A stretch of 63,009 nucleotides of DNA from Candidatus Tenebribacter burtonii (GCA_030765625.1 JAVCCF010000089.1:1-63009); one strand, 5' to 3'; shown: positions 36,276 to 46,689, counted from the stretch's first letter. Notes: a model not told the origin generated them from the sequence alone. Program-made: numbers and translations.

Positions 36276-36699
36276 AATAACTCCTTTTAAAGTAAAATAA
36301 AAGATTGATTCATCAAGCGTTTAACTAACAGAAATAGATCATAATTCACACCCGGCTAGAGCTTAAGATAACAACAAAATTAGAATCCTTTTACTACAGG
36401 CATCATTCTTTATTGAAAGTAAGACTCCAAATACATAAGAGATAAAAAAATAATCAGTATATATTTTTTTGCTAGTCATTAATTAATACTATGTAATAAA
36501 TAAAATATATCCATGTCAAGTATAATTTGATAAAATTATATTATCAAATCAATAATTTATTAATTGATACAAGAAATAATATTATAAAGTTTTAAGGCAG
36601 GTTAGCTATCTCGATACTGCAAGTTTCTTACAAAATAAAGAACACCAGTGATATTTCGGTATTTTAAATAAGCTATTAGTAATTGGATTCTATAGCTAT

Positions 36700-37548
36700 T
36701 TACATCTTTAATATTTTCAAGAAAACTTCATCCATATTTTGCAGCAATAGTTCAGGATCAATACGTTTTGATATCCAACCAATACCCCAATGCAGGTGAT
36801 TTCCAGTTGAACGCCCCGTAGAATCAACCTCTCCGATCTTCTCACCTGCAAGGATAATCACCTCAACATTTACGGTACTCATATGTATATAAATAGAGCT
36901 TAATTCGCTGAAATGGTCAAGCAGCACGAATTTACCATTGTAATAATAATCTCCCGTTTTTGCTACAATGCAGGATGTCATGTTAATAATGTCTATTTCT
37001 TTAGGAGCTGCAATATCAAGTCCGTTATGGGGTGTTTTGGGAATTCCATTAAGAATGCACTGACTGCCGAAAACTCCTGATATCCTGCAGCCGGAAATTG
37101 GAAGACAGAAATTTTCGAAATAAATATCATTATTCCTGAGTAATTTACTTCGTCTATCTTTAAGCTTTTCAGATTTTACTGTAATTCTTTGTATAGTTGC
37201 TGGAGCTTGAGGTTACTTAACATATTTTTTTTTAATTCCATTAATTCTCTGGATCTGATAATCGCGTTTGAAAATGTAGAAAACAGATGTAAACATACTA
37301 CCGTTTTCTAAAACTACCGTAATTTTATGTTTAAGTTTCTCATCACGGTCAAAACCAAAGATTGCTCTATTCTCAAAAATTGGAATTTCTGTAGGGTCGA
37401 GAAAAATTTTTTCAATTTAATCATCAGTTCTGCAAATTATTATTCCGCCCTGGATTGGATTACCTTGCAGTGAGATAAGCTTTATTGCAGTAAGTTGAAT
37501 TATGATGAGCATTAATAGTATGATCAACAATACATTTTTATGATTCAT
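36700..37548 (-). pseudogene. M23 (LytM-type) metallopeptidase gene disrupted by two in-frame TAA codons
   Basis: Hand translation of one continuous frame gives MNHKNVLLIILLMLII...CRTDD*IEKIFLDP...KKKYVK*PQAP...FGSQCILNGIPKTPHNGLDIAAP...STGRSTGNHLHWGI. The stops are at 37419-37417 and 37215-37213. No frameshift is present. Confidence 0.75.
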
Positions 37549-37653
37549 TTTTTTCCAGCAACCATTCGCAAGGTCTTTAATTTCTTTTTACTTCAACAAT
37601 GGTAATTCTGTGTTGAATATTGGATATTCAATCCCTTATCAATTACTCACAAT

Positions 37654-38418
37654 TTATAATTCTATTCTAATATAAGTATCTTTTTTTATCCAACCGCCAA
37701 GACCGTTTTCAAGTTTGATCAAACTCCAGTTATCTTCATCTCTTTCTAAAGTAAAGATCATACCTTCATGAATTGTAAAAACACGGGTAAAATCTTCTCC
37801 AGGACCACTATACCCGATAACAGAAGTACTGAGTATAACAGCTTCATTGTCATTATGAAATTCCTGCCATTTTAGAATACTGATAATAAAAAATGCCAAA
37901 AAAAGAAAGATGAATATCGTTGTAAGAAATAAGGGAACTGTTCTTTCGCGGTTTCTGTAGTGAATTATCATAATGCTAATAAGTATAATAATTATTAAGA
38001 AAATAGCAAGTATGATAATAGCCAAAAAATTAATTGAAAATGAATCAAATGTTTTTAGCCAGAACGATCTGATCACACTTTCATTTTCTGAATTCTGTTT
38101 ATCTTTAGTAAAAGTGAGTGCATATTCCAGATTTCTACGAGCAGCCTGATGATCGGATCTTACCTTTAGTGCTTTTTTGAAATAGAGTATTGCTCTGCCT
38201 ATTTCATTTATCCTGAAATAACAGTTTCCTATGTTGTAATAAAGATCTGCATTAATTATACCTTCGTTTTCGATAAGATCAAATTTTTCTAAAGCAGTAT
38301 GATAATCCTTTTCCTGATAAGAAGTAATGGCTTCGTTAAAAATTGTTTCTGTTTGAGTTACAGTATAAACACTGCTTAATATGAGTAAAAATAACAGTAA
38401 TAATATTGATTTTTTCAT
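37654..38418 (-). CDS. batE: BatE-like protein (TPR plus TM plus SH3-like C-terminus)
   Basis: It has a signal peptide, TPR repeats, two TM helices and a C-terminal SH3b-like segment (WSLIKLENGLGGWIKKDTY). It is the last gene of the Bat cluster. Confidence 0.7.
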   Translation of the reverse strand: MKKSILLLLFLLILSSVYTVTQTETIFNEAITSYQEKDYHTALEKFDLIENEGIINADLYYNIGNCYFRINEIGRAILYFKKALKVRSDHQAARRNLEYALTFTKDKQNSENESVIRSFWLKTFDSFSINFLAIIILAIFLIIIILISIMIIHYRNRERTVPLFLTTIFIFLFLAFFIISILKWQEFHNDNEAVILSTSVIGYSGPGEDFTRVFTIHEGMIFTLERDEDNWSLIKLENGLGGWIKKDTYIRIEL

Positions 38419-38441
38419 AATTCTTAAATTATCTCACTTCA

Positions 38442-40217
38442 TTAAAATTTACACTTTGTGATCTCATTGATTGTCTCTTTAACAAGTTGGAAATCAATTT
38501 CAATTCTCTCTTTGGAAAATCCACCCGGCATAAATCGTGCCTGATCACAGGTTTCAAAAAGTTTCTTAATTTTTTCAATTAATTCTTTTGGAATATTATT
38601 TAAACTCATACTGGAAATAATATTATCGGTAGAACTTCCACGTGGTTCTTTTAGTTTATCAGCCAAATAACTGCTTAGTCCCAATTGAGCAGCAACATAA
38701 AATCCAGGGTCATCTTTCCCTGCCAAAACACTTGTCTCTTTCATATATTTCTTTAAAATCTTGTTGGCTTGTTTTTGGCGGATGTAATCTATATTTCCTT
38801 CTAGTTTCGTTTTCTCTTTAGAATATAAAATTGATGCAGGAACAAAAAGAGATATGATAAACCAGATAAACCAGTAAATGAATTTATCATAATAGATATT
38901 ATTTGATATTAGTGGACTTTCTGTAATGATAAAACCGATATCAGAACCTTCCATGCTGACGATAGATTGTGCTGCACTACTGGCAACAAAGGTAAGATCA
39001 CCTTCTCCTATCTTCAATTGATATGGCTTTGTTTGTATTGTTTTGTATTTGCCGGATGAAGTATCAAAAAAAGTAAATGGAACTGCCGATAGTGTGAAAT
39101 TTCCTTTCTCCTGAGCAATTATCAGATATTTAATTGTCTTCTTACCGGATATCTTATTCGTATTTATACTTGTAGTTATCTCGGGATCTAAGAATCTAAG
39201 ATTATTTATTTCATTTAGTTTTGGAATATCAAACTGTTTCAAATTTCCGGTTCCGCTTATTGTGATCGTATAGGTAAAAGAATCACCAACATTCAACTGG
39301 CTTTGACTTATATTACTGGAAATCTTGAATTTTCCAACAGCATTTGAATACGAAGCTGGTTTGTTGTTTTGTGGAATTGGTTTAACTTTTATAGTAGCTG
39401 GTTTATTCTTTATATTGTATCTTTTAGTTGTCCCAAAATCGAAAAAGCTGTGTGATTGAGTTCTTACGTCAACGTTCAAGTTTAATGAAGGAATTATTGC
39501 TTTCCCGCTTTTTGTTGGAAATAAGGCAACTGACTGCATCAGCATCACATTATACACAATACCATTGTATGTTTCACGATCAAAGCTTATGCTTTCTGGT
39601 TTATAAATATCTTCTTTCCAGAAACCTTCAAAATTAGTATCTCCGGCAAAAGCAAGATTTGAAATATCATATCGGGAATAAAGTTTATATTCAACAGTTA
39701 TCGGTTCTTCTTCATACACATTGTTTTTATTGGCTTTTGCAATTAGGAACAAATTGTCACTAAGATTTGAAGTTGAATTTGGCTGCTTAGTAAATGATGG
39801 AGATGTAGGTGATGCTGCTTGTGTACTTCCTTCAGAAACTTTAATATGAATTGGCTCAGTTGTAAATGAGTTATTTTTTATCTTTATTGTTATCGGTGGT
39901 ATAAGAAAATTTCCAATTTTAAGAGGACGTAAAGTATAAGTAAAACTTTTAGTAATTTTGGAAGTCATTTTACCTTGAACAATAGAATAGTTAGATGATG
40001 AAGAGGTGGAGGAACCGAGATTTTTAAAATTCTTTATTTTTGGGAATCTGGGTGTTGATATATGTCCAACTTTTTCACCTGATATCTCAATTGTATATTT
40101 AAGAAGATCAGAAATTCCTATTTTGGTTCTATCAACATAGGATTCAACATCTATTTCCTGTGAGAGTAGAAATTGATTTAGCAATATTAAAATTAGAATA
40201 AAAACAAATTTCTTCAT
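38442..40217 (-). CDS. batD: BatD-like oxygen-tolerance protein
   Basis: About 590 aa, with a signal peptide, repeated beta-rich domains and a C-terminal TM helix. Its position after batC matches Bat operons. Confidence 0.7.
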   Translation of the reverse strand: MKKFVFILILILLNQFLLSQEIDVESYVDRTKIGISDLLKYTIEISGEKVGHISTPRFPKIKNFKNLGSSTSSSSNYSIVQGKMTSKITKSFTYTLRPLKIGNFLIPPITIKIKNNSFTTEPIHIKVSEGSTQAASPTSPSFTKQPNSTSNLSDNLFLIAKANKNNVYEEEPITVEYKLYSRYDISNLAFAGDTNFEGFWKEDIYKPESISFDRETYNGIVYNVMLMQSVALFPTKSGKAIIPSLNLNVDVRTQSHSFFDFGTTKRYNIKNKPATIKVKPIPQNNKPASYSNAVGKFKISSNISQSQLNVGDSFTYTITISGTGNLKQFDIPKLNEINNLRFLDPEITTSINTNKISGKKTIKYLIIAQEKGNFTLSAVPFTFFDTSSGKYKTIQTKPYQLKIGEGDLTFVASSAAQSIVSMEGSDIGFIITESPLISNNIYYDKFIYWFIWFIISLFVPASILYSKEKTKLEGNIDYIRQKQANKILKKYMKETSVLAGKDDPGFYVAAQLGLSSYLADKLKEPRGSSTDNIISSMSLNNIPKELIEKIKKLFETCDQARFMPGGFSKERIEIDFQLVKETINEITKCKF

Positions 40218-40223
40218 TTTATC

Positions 40224-40278
40224 CTTTGTCCTTCGACAAAGCCTGTCCTAAGTTTTTCGTAGGGCTCAGGATGACACG
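40224..40278 (-). repeat. Dispersed palindromic repeat, family B, copy 2
   Basis: Its reverse complement, GTGTCATCCTGAGCCCTACGAAAAACTTAGGACAGGCTTTGTCGAAGGA, matches 1584-1632. It lies in the batC-batD spacer. Confidence 0.75.
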
Positions 40279-40333
40279 AGCGAAGAATAATGCAATTTTC
40301 ATTATTAAATTTCGATTTTCAATATACATTAAT

Positions 40334-41083
40334 TTACCAATACTTCCCAGTTTTTGTTCTGTCAACATTCATTTTTTCTTTCTCTTTTTTCATCTCTTCT
40401 TTTTCTTTCTGCAAAAGAGCTTTGAGCATTTTTTCTGCATCTTCTTTCTTTTGTTCTTTTAGTTTCTGTTCTTGAGTTTTTTGCTTTTCATTTTGTTTCT
40501 GTTCATCCTGCTTTTGCTGTTTTTCTTGTTGTTTATCATCTTGCTTGTCTTGTTGCTGCTGCTGCTGTTGTTCCTGTTTTTCTTTCTCTTCGTCTTTGTT
40601 TTCTTGATCATCATTGCTTTGCTGCTGTTGTTTTTGTTCTTGCTGGCGCTGTAGCATTCTGGCAGCAAGTTCGTAGTTGTAACGTGCATCAAGATTCTGG
40701 GAATTTTCAACTAAAGCATCACGATAATTTTTTATTGCATTTTTATAGTCTTTTTGCAGGAATTTTACATTACCAAGATTTTGCAAAGCTCTTGATCTGT
40801 CTTTGAATCTCTCGTTATTCAAAGCAAGTTTATAATTTTGTTCAGCTTCTTCCAACAAGCCATTCTTAACCTGAGCATTAGCCTGATTAAAAAGCAATCT
40901 AGCATCTTTGGGATATTTAATTGAATTACGCTTAAAATTGTCTTCTGATTTCTCAAAATCTTCTTTTTCGTAAGATTTAACACCTTTTAAATTTCTGATA
41001 ATTTTATCGTAGTTCACTATATCAGAAAAAAGAGTGCAGAAAGATAATAACAAAATTAATGGAATAATTAATTTAGCTTTCAT
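40334..41083 (-). CDS. batC: BatC-like TPR protein with a Q/K/E-rich tail
   Basis: It has a signal peptide and TPR repeats, followed by a low-complexity tail of about 90 aa (QQEQKQQQQ...KEKEEMKKEKEK). Confidence 0.7.
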   Translation of the reverse strand: MKAKLIIPLILLLSFCTLFSDIVNYDKIIRNLKGVKSYEKEDFEKSEDNFKRNSIKYPKDARLLFNQANAQVKNGLLEEAEQNYKLALNNERFKDRSRALQNLGNVKFLQKDYKNAIKNYRDALVENSQNLDARYNYELAARMLQRQQEQKQQQQSNDDQENKDEEKEKQEQQQQQQQDKQDDKQQEKQQKQDEQKQNEKQKTQEQKLKEQKKEDAEKMLKALLQKEKEEMKKEKEKMNVDRTKTGKYW

Positions 41084-42096
41084 TACAATACCCTTTTGAA
41101 TTTTATTTTCTTTTTATAGATGATGAGAGATTCTATCAGAAGCAGGATCAATGCAGCGATCACGAAGTATTTATATTGCTCTTTATATCTCACATATTCT
41201 TTAGAATCAAATTTCTTTTTCTCAAACGAGTTAATGTTTTTCATGATCTCATAAATTTCTGATTGCTGGGGCGTGATAGGGAAGAAACGTCCATTTCCCA
41301 TTTTAGCGATCTGTGTGAGTGTGTTTATATCAAGTTTGGTAAAAATAATATCACCTTTATCGTCTTTAGCGTATACCACATCACCATCACTATTTTTAAT
41401 TGGAATTGTACTCCCTTCCGGAGAACCGATCCCTAGAGCATAAATGATAGCATTTTGCTTTCCGGCTTCTTCTGCAATTTTGGTCGCATTTTCTTCCAGA
41501 TCTTCTCCATCGCTTACCACGATGATAACTTTATGCTTCTCTTTTTCACCAAAAAGTTCTAAAGCACTGGAAATTGCGTCACCAATATTTGTTCCATAAG
41601 ACGGAACTGTTTCCGTATTGAGTAAATTCAAGAATAGTTTTGCAGCATCGTAATCATTGGTTAGAGGACATTGCACAAAACTTTTTCCTGCAAAAGCTAT
41701 TATAGCTATTCTATCACCTTTTAATTGATCAATAAAAAGTGAGATTTGATCTTTTGCTCTCTTGATCCTGCTGGGCTGAATATCAGTCGCATCCATACTT
41801 TTGGATACATCTATAGCAACCACAATATCAATTCCTTCTTTCTTTATAATTTGAACTTCTTTGTCCCACAGTGGTCTGGCAAAGGCGATTATTATAAAGA
41901 GAAAAGCGAATACAAATATGAGATTTTTGAGTGACCAGTGGAAACTCGAAAACTGTTGCATGAAGAAATCATAGAATTTCACTTCTGCGAATTTTGAGAA
42001 ATTCTTCTTTCTATTATGATTAGCAATTCCAATTAAAATTAGAAATACTGGTATCAGTATTATCAAAAACAACAAATATGGATTTCCCCAATGCAT
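41083..42096 (-). CDS. batB: BatB-like von Willebrand factor A protein
   Basis: It has N-terminal TM helices, the MIDAS motif DIVVAIDVSKSM and a C-terminal TM helix. Confidence 0.8.
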   Translation of the reverse strand: MHWGNPYLLFLIILIPVFLILIGIANHNRKKNFSKFAEVKFYDFFMQQFSSFHWSLKNLIFVFAFLFIIIAFARPLWDKEVQIIKKEGIDIVVAIDVSKSMDATDIQPSRIKRAKDQISLFIDQLKGDRIAIIAFAGKSFVQCPLTNDYDAAKLFLNLLNTETVPSYGTNIGDAISSALELFGEKEKHKVIIVVSDGEDLEENATKIAEEAGKQNAIIYALGIGSPEGSTIPIKNSDGDVVYAKDDKGDIIFTKLDINTLTQIAKMGNGRFFPITPQQSEIYEIMKNINSFEKKKFDSKEYVRYKEQYKYFVIAALILLLIESLIIYKKKIKFKRVL

Positions 42097-42118
42097 CTAT
42101 TTACACTCCAAAAGTTTT

Positions 42119-43759
42119 TTAAAGTCCATCTACTTGTGTACCGAGAGGGTACTCGACAGAATATTTAAATGGTATTAATATCTCTTCACCCGACTTTGGT
42201 TCAAAGAACCACTCAATATATTTATGCTCATTGATCTTCAAGATTTCTGTATCTTCTTTATATTTGGGTTCAATTAATTTCACCTTAATTTTTTCATTTT
42301 GTGAAATTGGCAGTTGATCCCACACAACGATTTCTTCTTGTGTTCTTTTGTTGTTGGTTATCGTGATGAGATATTCAAAGATCTTCTTATTCTTCTCAAC
42401 AAAAAGTCCACCAGTCTCATCAAATTTTTTCACAAATTTATACTCTACTTTAATTGATTCGTCAACACCCAAAAACGTCCAGAACTCTTCAGTTGGTGCA
42501 ATTGCTTTCAAATGGGAATTTGCTACAAAATTATTATCTAAGAATACGTTTGTATCTCCAGGTAAGAATGGATAATCAGAATCATTTTTTACTTTTGCTT
42601 TGAGATAGGCGAATTGTGAATGTTTGGGAATTGTAGAATATCTGAATCCTGCTGGAAATTCCTGAATTGTGATCGTAACCAGGTGCGGTTCGTTATCACT
42701 TTTTATCGTATTGCTACCATCAATATCAAACACAACTGAGGTAGCACCAGATTCAACAGTAGATTCTGAATAACCAATTTCAGCTTCTGGTTTAATAGAG
42801 AATTCTGCAAGTGACAAACCTTCAATGTCATAAGACATTTTATTACTTCTGCTTGCACCAGCTGGTGATGCAATGACTTCCTCTATAGTTAGCTGCGGAT
42901 GGTAAATAGAAATATAATGTGGGTAAAGTTCAGGCGGTTGAGCACTCATATTTGGTTTCGCTGTGGAGAGTTTAAGATCCACTTTATTCCAGTCTTCTCC
43001 GGTTGTTTGAAAAATATTACTTTTATAGGTAAGGTTCATGGTTTTTTCTTCTGAATCTACTCGAAGATCATAAATAGGTGTCCAGGAAGGACCGTAAACA
43101 ATATAGGAAAGATCAAGAGTAAGATTGCCCTCTTTTTGCACGTCAACTAAAACTTCTACCATGTTCTTATATTTGTAGGCTTGTTGTCCCATTTCGCGGA
43201 TCTCACGTTTAATTTTATCAATTTCAGAATTAACGTCTCGTACTAATTTATCAGTATCACGGATCTCTTTATCAAGTGTTTCTTGTTTTGTACGGTAAAA
43301 TTCAACCATTTTGATCCATTTTTCAGGATCGAGTTCAACGTTTTCAGTTTTCTCTGTTGTGCTTGTAAGTTTTGTAAGAATATTTTTTACAACTCTTTTC
43401 TCATCTTGAGCCTGCGATTTTTTGTCATTGAACGTAATTTTATTATCTTGAAGTTTAAGTAATTCATCATTAAGAGTTTTTTTCTTTTCATCAGTAATTT
43501 GGGCAAACTGTTCAGTTTTAAAAGTTACATCACGTAAGATTGCACTTCCTTTCCCATTTGCCTGAATACTGTTCTGCTCGATGCTTTGTGGAAGTTCATC
43601 AAACAGGATTCTGTGTTCACCTTTTGTGAGATATGTAGTTGCAGAACGTGTGATCTGAGCTCGATCAGAATAAACTGTTACAGATGTAATTTTAGATTCG
43701 ATTGCATGCAAACCAACTAAAACAAGTATTAACATAATTGGCAGAAATATCTTTTTCAT
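42119..43759 (-). CDS. DUF4139/DUF4140 (TIGR02231-like) secreted protein
   Basis: It has a signal peptide. The N-terminal VTVYSDRAQITRSA...G.H.I.F..LP pattern and a central coiled coil are typical of that family. Confidence 0.6.
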   Translation of the reverse strand: MKKIFLPIMLILVLVGLHAIESKITSVTVYSDRAQITRSATTYLTKGEHRILFDELPQSIEQNSIQANGKGSAILRDVTFKTEQFAQITDEKKKTLNDELLKLQDNKITFNDKKSQAQDEKRVVKNILTKLTSTTEKTENVELDPEKWIKMVEFYRTKQETLDKEIRDTDKLVRDVNSEIDKIKREIREMGQQAYKYKNMVEVLVDVQKEGNLTLDLSYIVYGPSWTPIYDLRVDSEEKTMNLTYKSNIFQTTGEDWNKVDLKLSTAKPNMSAQPPELYPHYISIYHPQLTIEEVIASPAGASRSNKMSYDIEGLSLAEFSIKPEAEIGYSESTVESGATSVVFDIDGSNTIKSDNEPHLVTITIQEFPAGFRYSTIPKHSQFAYLKAKVKNDSDYPFLPGDTNVFLDNNFVANSHLKAIAPTEEFWTFLGVDESIKVEYKFVKKFDETGGLFVEKNKKIFEYLITITNNKRTQEEIVVWDQLPISQNEKIKVKLIEPKYKEDTEILKINEHKYIEWFFEPKSGEEILIPFKYSVEYPLGTQVDGL

Positions 43760-43768
43760 TTTCCCTCC

Positions 43769-44758
43769 CTAAGGAATTTCCTTTCTAATTACAATTCTAA
43801 ATATGAATTCCAACAACATTAAAATAAATGCTGCTAATAAATATTTCCAGAATAATTCTTGATAAATATAATAATTATTTATCTTTAATTCTGTTTTTTC
43901 CATTTCATCAATATATTCCATAATAGCCGAAAGTTCATCAGTATTTGTAGCCAGTCTTGCATGCTTGGTTCCGGTAATTTCTGCAATTTTATCAAGTGAA
44001 TCCATATCTATCTCGATATTTACTTTCTGGTAACGTATTCCTAAAGCAGTTTGCACCGGATAATCAACTAGTCCTTTTCTACCAACGCCAACCGGATACA
44101 CTTTAACATCAAATGTAGAGGCAAGTCCGGCAGCATCGAGAGGTTCGATCTCACCAGCATTATTTCTTCCATCAGTAATGAGGATTATTACTTTAGATTT
44201 TGCTTCTGAATTTTTAAGACGGGCTACTGCTGTGGCAAGTCCCATTCCAATAGCGGTTCCATTTGCATTTTCATCAATGGACACATTATCCATGATGGAC
44301 ATGAGAATATTATAATCGAGTGTGAGTGGACATTGCGTAAAAGCATTTTCCGAGAAAACAATAAGTCCAATTCGATCATTTCTCCTGTGCTCAATAAATT
44401 TTGTAGCAACTTTTTTTGCAGCTTCCAATCTGTTCGTTGGTTTAAAATCAACTGCTTTCATACTTCCACTTACATCAATAGCCAGCATAATATCAATGCC
44501 TTTTCCGGTGATCTGCTGTTTTTTGTGAGCAAGACGGGGTCGAGCTAAAGCAAGAATGAGAAGTATGATCGTGAGCGTTCTGATGATTATTGGAATATAC
44601 TGCAATAAACTGCTTTTTCCTGCGATTGAACGGATCAGTTCAATTCGACTGTGGATCAATCTTACCTTTCTCTTACGAATTATTAAGAATTCATATAATA
44701 GATATGGGATAATTATCAGAATAGCCCATAACCATTTAGGATTAACATATTCAAGCAT
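43769..44758 (-). CDS. batA: BatA-like von Willebrand factor A protein
   Basis: It has two N-terminal TM helices, the MIDAS motif DIMLAIDVSGSM and a C-terminal TM helix. Confidence 0.8.
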   Translation of the reverse strand: MLEYVNPKWLWAILIIIPYLLYEFLIIRKRKVRLIHSRIELIRSIAGKSSLLQYIPIIIRTLTIILLILALARPRLAHKKQQITGKGIDIMLAIDVSGSMKAVDFKPTNRLEAAKKVATKFIEHRRNDRIGLIVFSENAFTQCPLTLDYNILMSIMDNVSIDENANGTAIGMGLATAVARLKNSEAKSKVIILITDGRNNAGEIEPLDAAGLASTFDVKVYPVGVGRKGLVDYPVQTALGIRYQKVNIEIDMDSLDKIAEITGTKHARLATNTDELSAIMEYIDEMEKTELKINNYYIYQELFWKYLLAAFILMLLEFIFRIVIRKEIP

Positions 44759-44810
44759 TGTAAAATACCTTTTTTAACAACGGACAATAACTAATGAAAG
44801 AAAAGATCAT

Positions 44811-45758
44811 TTAGTATTCCTTCTTTGTTTGCTTCTGTTCGCTTATGTTAGTTGTAATTTTTTCAAACGATTTTAAATAATTTTCTAACCAATTAAAAGA
44901 ATCTTCTGAATTTTTTATTTCAGGAATTTCTTTGGCAAATTTTATCATATCTGCTTGACTTAAAAATCTGACTATATCAGATTTTTCAGAGTGATCATCC
45001 AATAACAGGTTTGCTCTTATTTCACTGGTTGTCATTTCAACTGAATTGATCTTATAATGCAATTCAATAAAAAGGCGTAATATTAATGATATTCTAAAAT
45101 AGAAATTTAAGAAATCACCTTTAGTAAGCAGATCATCTTTCTTTAATTTATTAAGCAATTCCAAAGCAATAATGTAGGCTGGTCGGTCATCGATGATCTC
45201 AGGTTTAGATATACCATTTTTAGATTGCTTAATTAATTTGATTAAATATTTTATGGCAAAAATGATAATAATGATGATTAATAGAGGGATAAAGTAATCC
45301 ATGAATTTTAAACGTACTGCAAGTGGATCAGCGATATCTTTAATATTTTCTGTACTGTCAGTAATAACAGATTCTATGTTCAGGATGAAATTATTTGTTT
45401 TGAGTATTTCTAAACTATCAGCAGTTTTAACTGCAAACTCAAGTTCCGGGAAAATAAATTCACCAGTATCAAAAGGTTGGTATGTAAAATCCAGTAATGT
45501 TGTTTTAGTATCGTCAATTATTTCTTCGTTTGATTCAATTTTTTTTAAAATGAAGATATTAAGAGTATCCTTTTGAGTTGAAAATATACTGTCGGAGACT
45601 GCTGAAGTTATATTAACATGCAATTTGAATGGAGTACCAATAAATAATTTCTTAGTTTTTTCTAATTTGTAATCTAGTTCAGCAGAAAAACCTAATAATG
45701 GAATTATTAATGCTGTCAATACTGCAATCATTTTAATTTCAAATTTATAATTTCTCAT
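44811..45758 (-). CDS. Hypothetical membrane protein of the Bat cluster
   Basis: It has a signal/anchor sequence and a central TM helix. It occupies the position between DUF58 and batA seen in Bat operons. Confidence 0.55.
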   Translation of the reverse strand: MRNYKFEIKMIAVLTALIIPLLGFSAELDYKLEKTKKLFIGTPFKLHVNITSAVSDSIFSTQKDTLNIFILKKIESNEEIIDDTKTTLLDFTYQPFDTGEFIFPELEFAVKTADSLEILKTNNFILNIESVITDSTENIKDIADPLAVRLKFMDYFIPLLIIIIIIFAIKYLIKLIKQSKNGISKPEIIDDRPAYIIALELLNKLKKDDLLTKGDFLNFYFRISLILRLFIELHYKINSVEMTTSEIRANLLLDDHSEKSDIVRFLSQADMIKFAKEIPEIKNSEDSFNWLENYLKSFEKITTNISEQKQTKKEY

Positions 45759-45784
45759 TTAATATTCACAAACAGATGTTTGCG

Positions 45785-46669
45785 TTACCTCTGATTTTTC
45801 ATTCTAATCCGAAATTTAAAGAATTTCATAAGTTCCGGAGCGTAAGGTTTATCAGTGCTTAATGTAATAAGATCGATTTTTAACTTTCTGAATTGCTGTT
45901 TGAGTTCAGTTTCTTGCTTGATGATGGCTTTGTTATACTTTTCCCGTAATTTTTGATTTGAAGAATTTATAGTGAATGTCTTTCCTGTTTCAGGATCTTG
46001 AAGATGAAGTAATCCTGCATTTGACATTTTATATTCGGCACTATCTTGAATTCTTAAAGCGATAACATCATGCTTTTTTGCGAGTATCTTTAAACTATCC
46101 AAATAATCTGTATCAAGAAAATCGGAGACAACAAAAATAATACTGCGTTTTTTTATTAAACGATAAATGTATTCTACAGCATTTTTAATATTCGTCCCAC
46201 TATTTTTGGGTTCAAAATAGAGAATATCGCGCAGAATTCTGAGAGCAGATTTCTTACCTTTTGTAGGTGGAATATATTTTTCAACTTCATCAGTAAAAAG
46301 TAAAAGACCTACTTTGTCATTATTGGATAAAGCAGAAAAAGAAAGAACAGCAGTAATCTCGGTAATGAATTCAGATTTCAGATATCCCTTTGTTCCAAAA
46401 AAGGTAGATGCACTACTGTCGATAAGAAACATTACATTAAGTTCACGTGTTTCTTCAAATTTCTTAATATATGGAAATCCCTGGCGGGCTGTTACATTCC
46501 AATCAATTTGGCGGAAACTATCACCACTTTGATATTCTCTAACTTCAGAGAATTCCAAACCCTGACCTTTAAATAAACTGTGATACTCACCGGAAAAAAG
46601 ATCAGAAACCAGATCTCTGGTCGTAATCTCAATTTTTCGGATTTTCTTAATAATATCAGATGTTTGCAA
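45785..46669 (-). CDS. DUF58 family protein (MoxR-associated)
   Basis: The motif G.Y.S.FKGQGLEFSEVREYQSGD is typical of DUF58, and the gene lies directly downstream of the MoxR ATPase. Confidence 0.85.
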   Translation of the reverse strand: MQTSDIIKKIRKIEITTRDLVSDLFSGEYHSLFKGQGLEFSEVREYQSGDSFRQIDWNVTARQGFPYIKKFEETRELNVMFLIDSSASTFFGTKGYLKSEFITEITAVLSFSALSNNDKVGLLLFTDEVEKYIPPTKGKKSALRILRDILYFEPKNSGTNIKNAVEYIYRLIKKRSIIFVVSDFLDTDYLDSLKILAKKHDVIALRIQDSAEYKMSNAGLLHLQDPETGKTFTINSSNQKLREKYNKAIIKQETELKQQFRKLKIDLITLSTDKPYAPELMKFFKFRIRMKNQR

Positions 46670-46689
46670 AATTCTTAATTCCTAATTAT

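Noticed and set aside
36700-37548. I considered whether the two in-frame TAA codons of the M23 gene reflect stop-codon reassignment or programmed readthrough.
   Set aside because: TAA is the most common terminator of the confidently called genes here, and I saw no readthrough-promoting structure. A nonsense-mutated pseudogene or a sequencing issue is simpler.
31432-37548. I considered a prophage or tailocin remnant, given the tail-spike chaperone domain, fibre-like proteins and M23 peptidase.
   Set aside because: No capsid, portal, terminase, sheath/tube, baseplate, holin or integrase genes are present. Both fibre proteins have Sec signal peptides and the neighbour is T9SS cargo. I kept it as a cellular surface module, with phage ancestry of the domain still possible.
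40226-40710. Several short ORFs (60-83 aa) lie around and inside batC.
   Set aside because: They are generated by the Q/K/E low-complexity tract and by repeat B. Their products are homopolymer-like (F/L/S-rich or K/N-rich).
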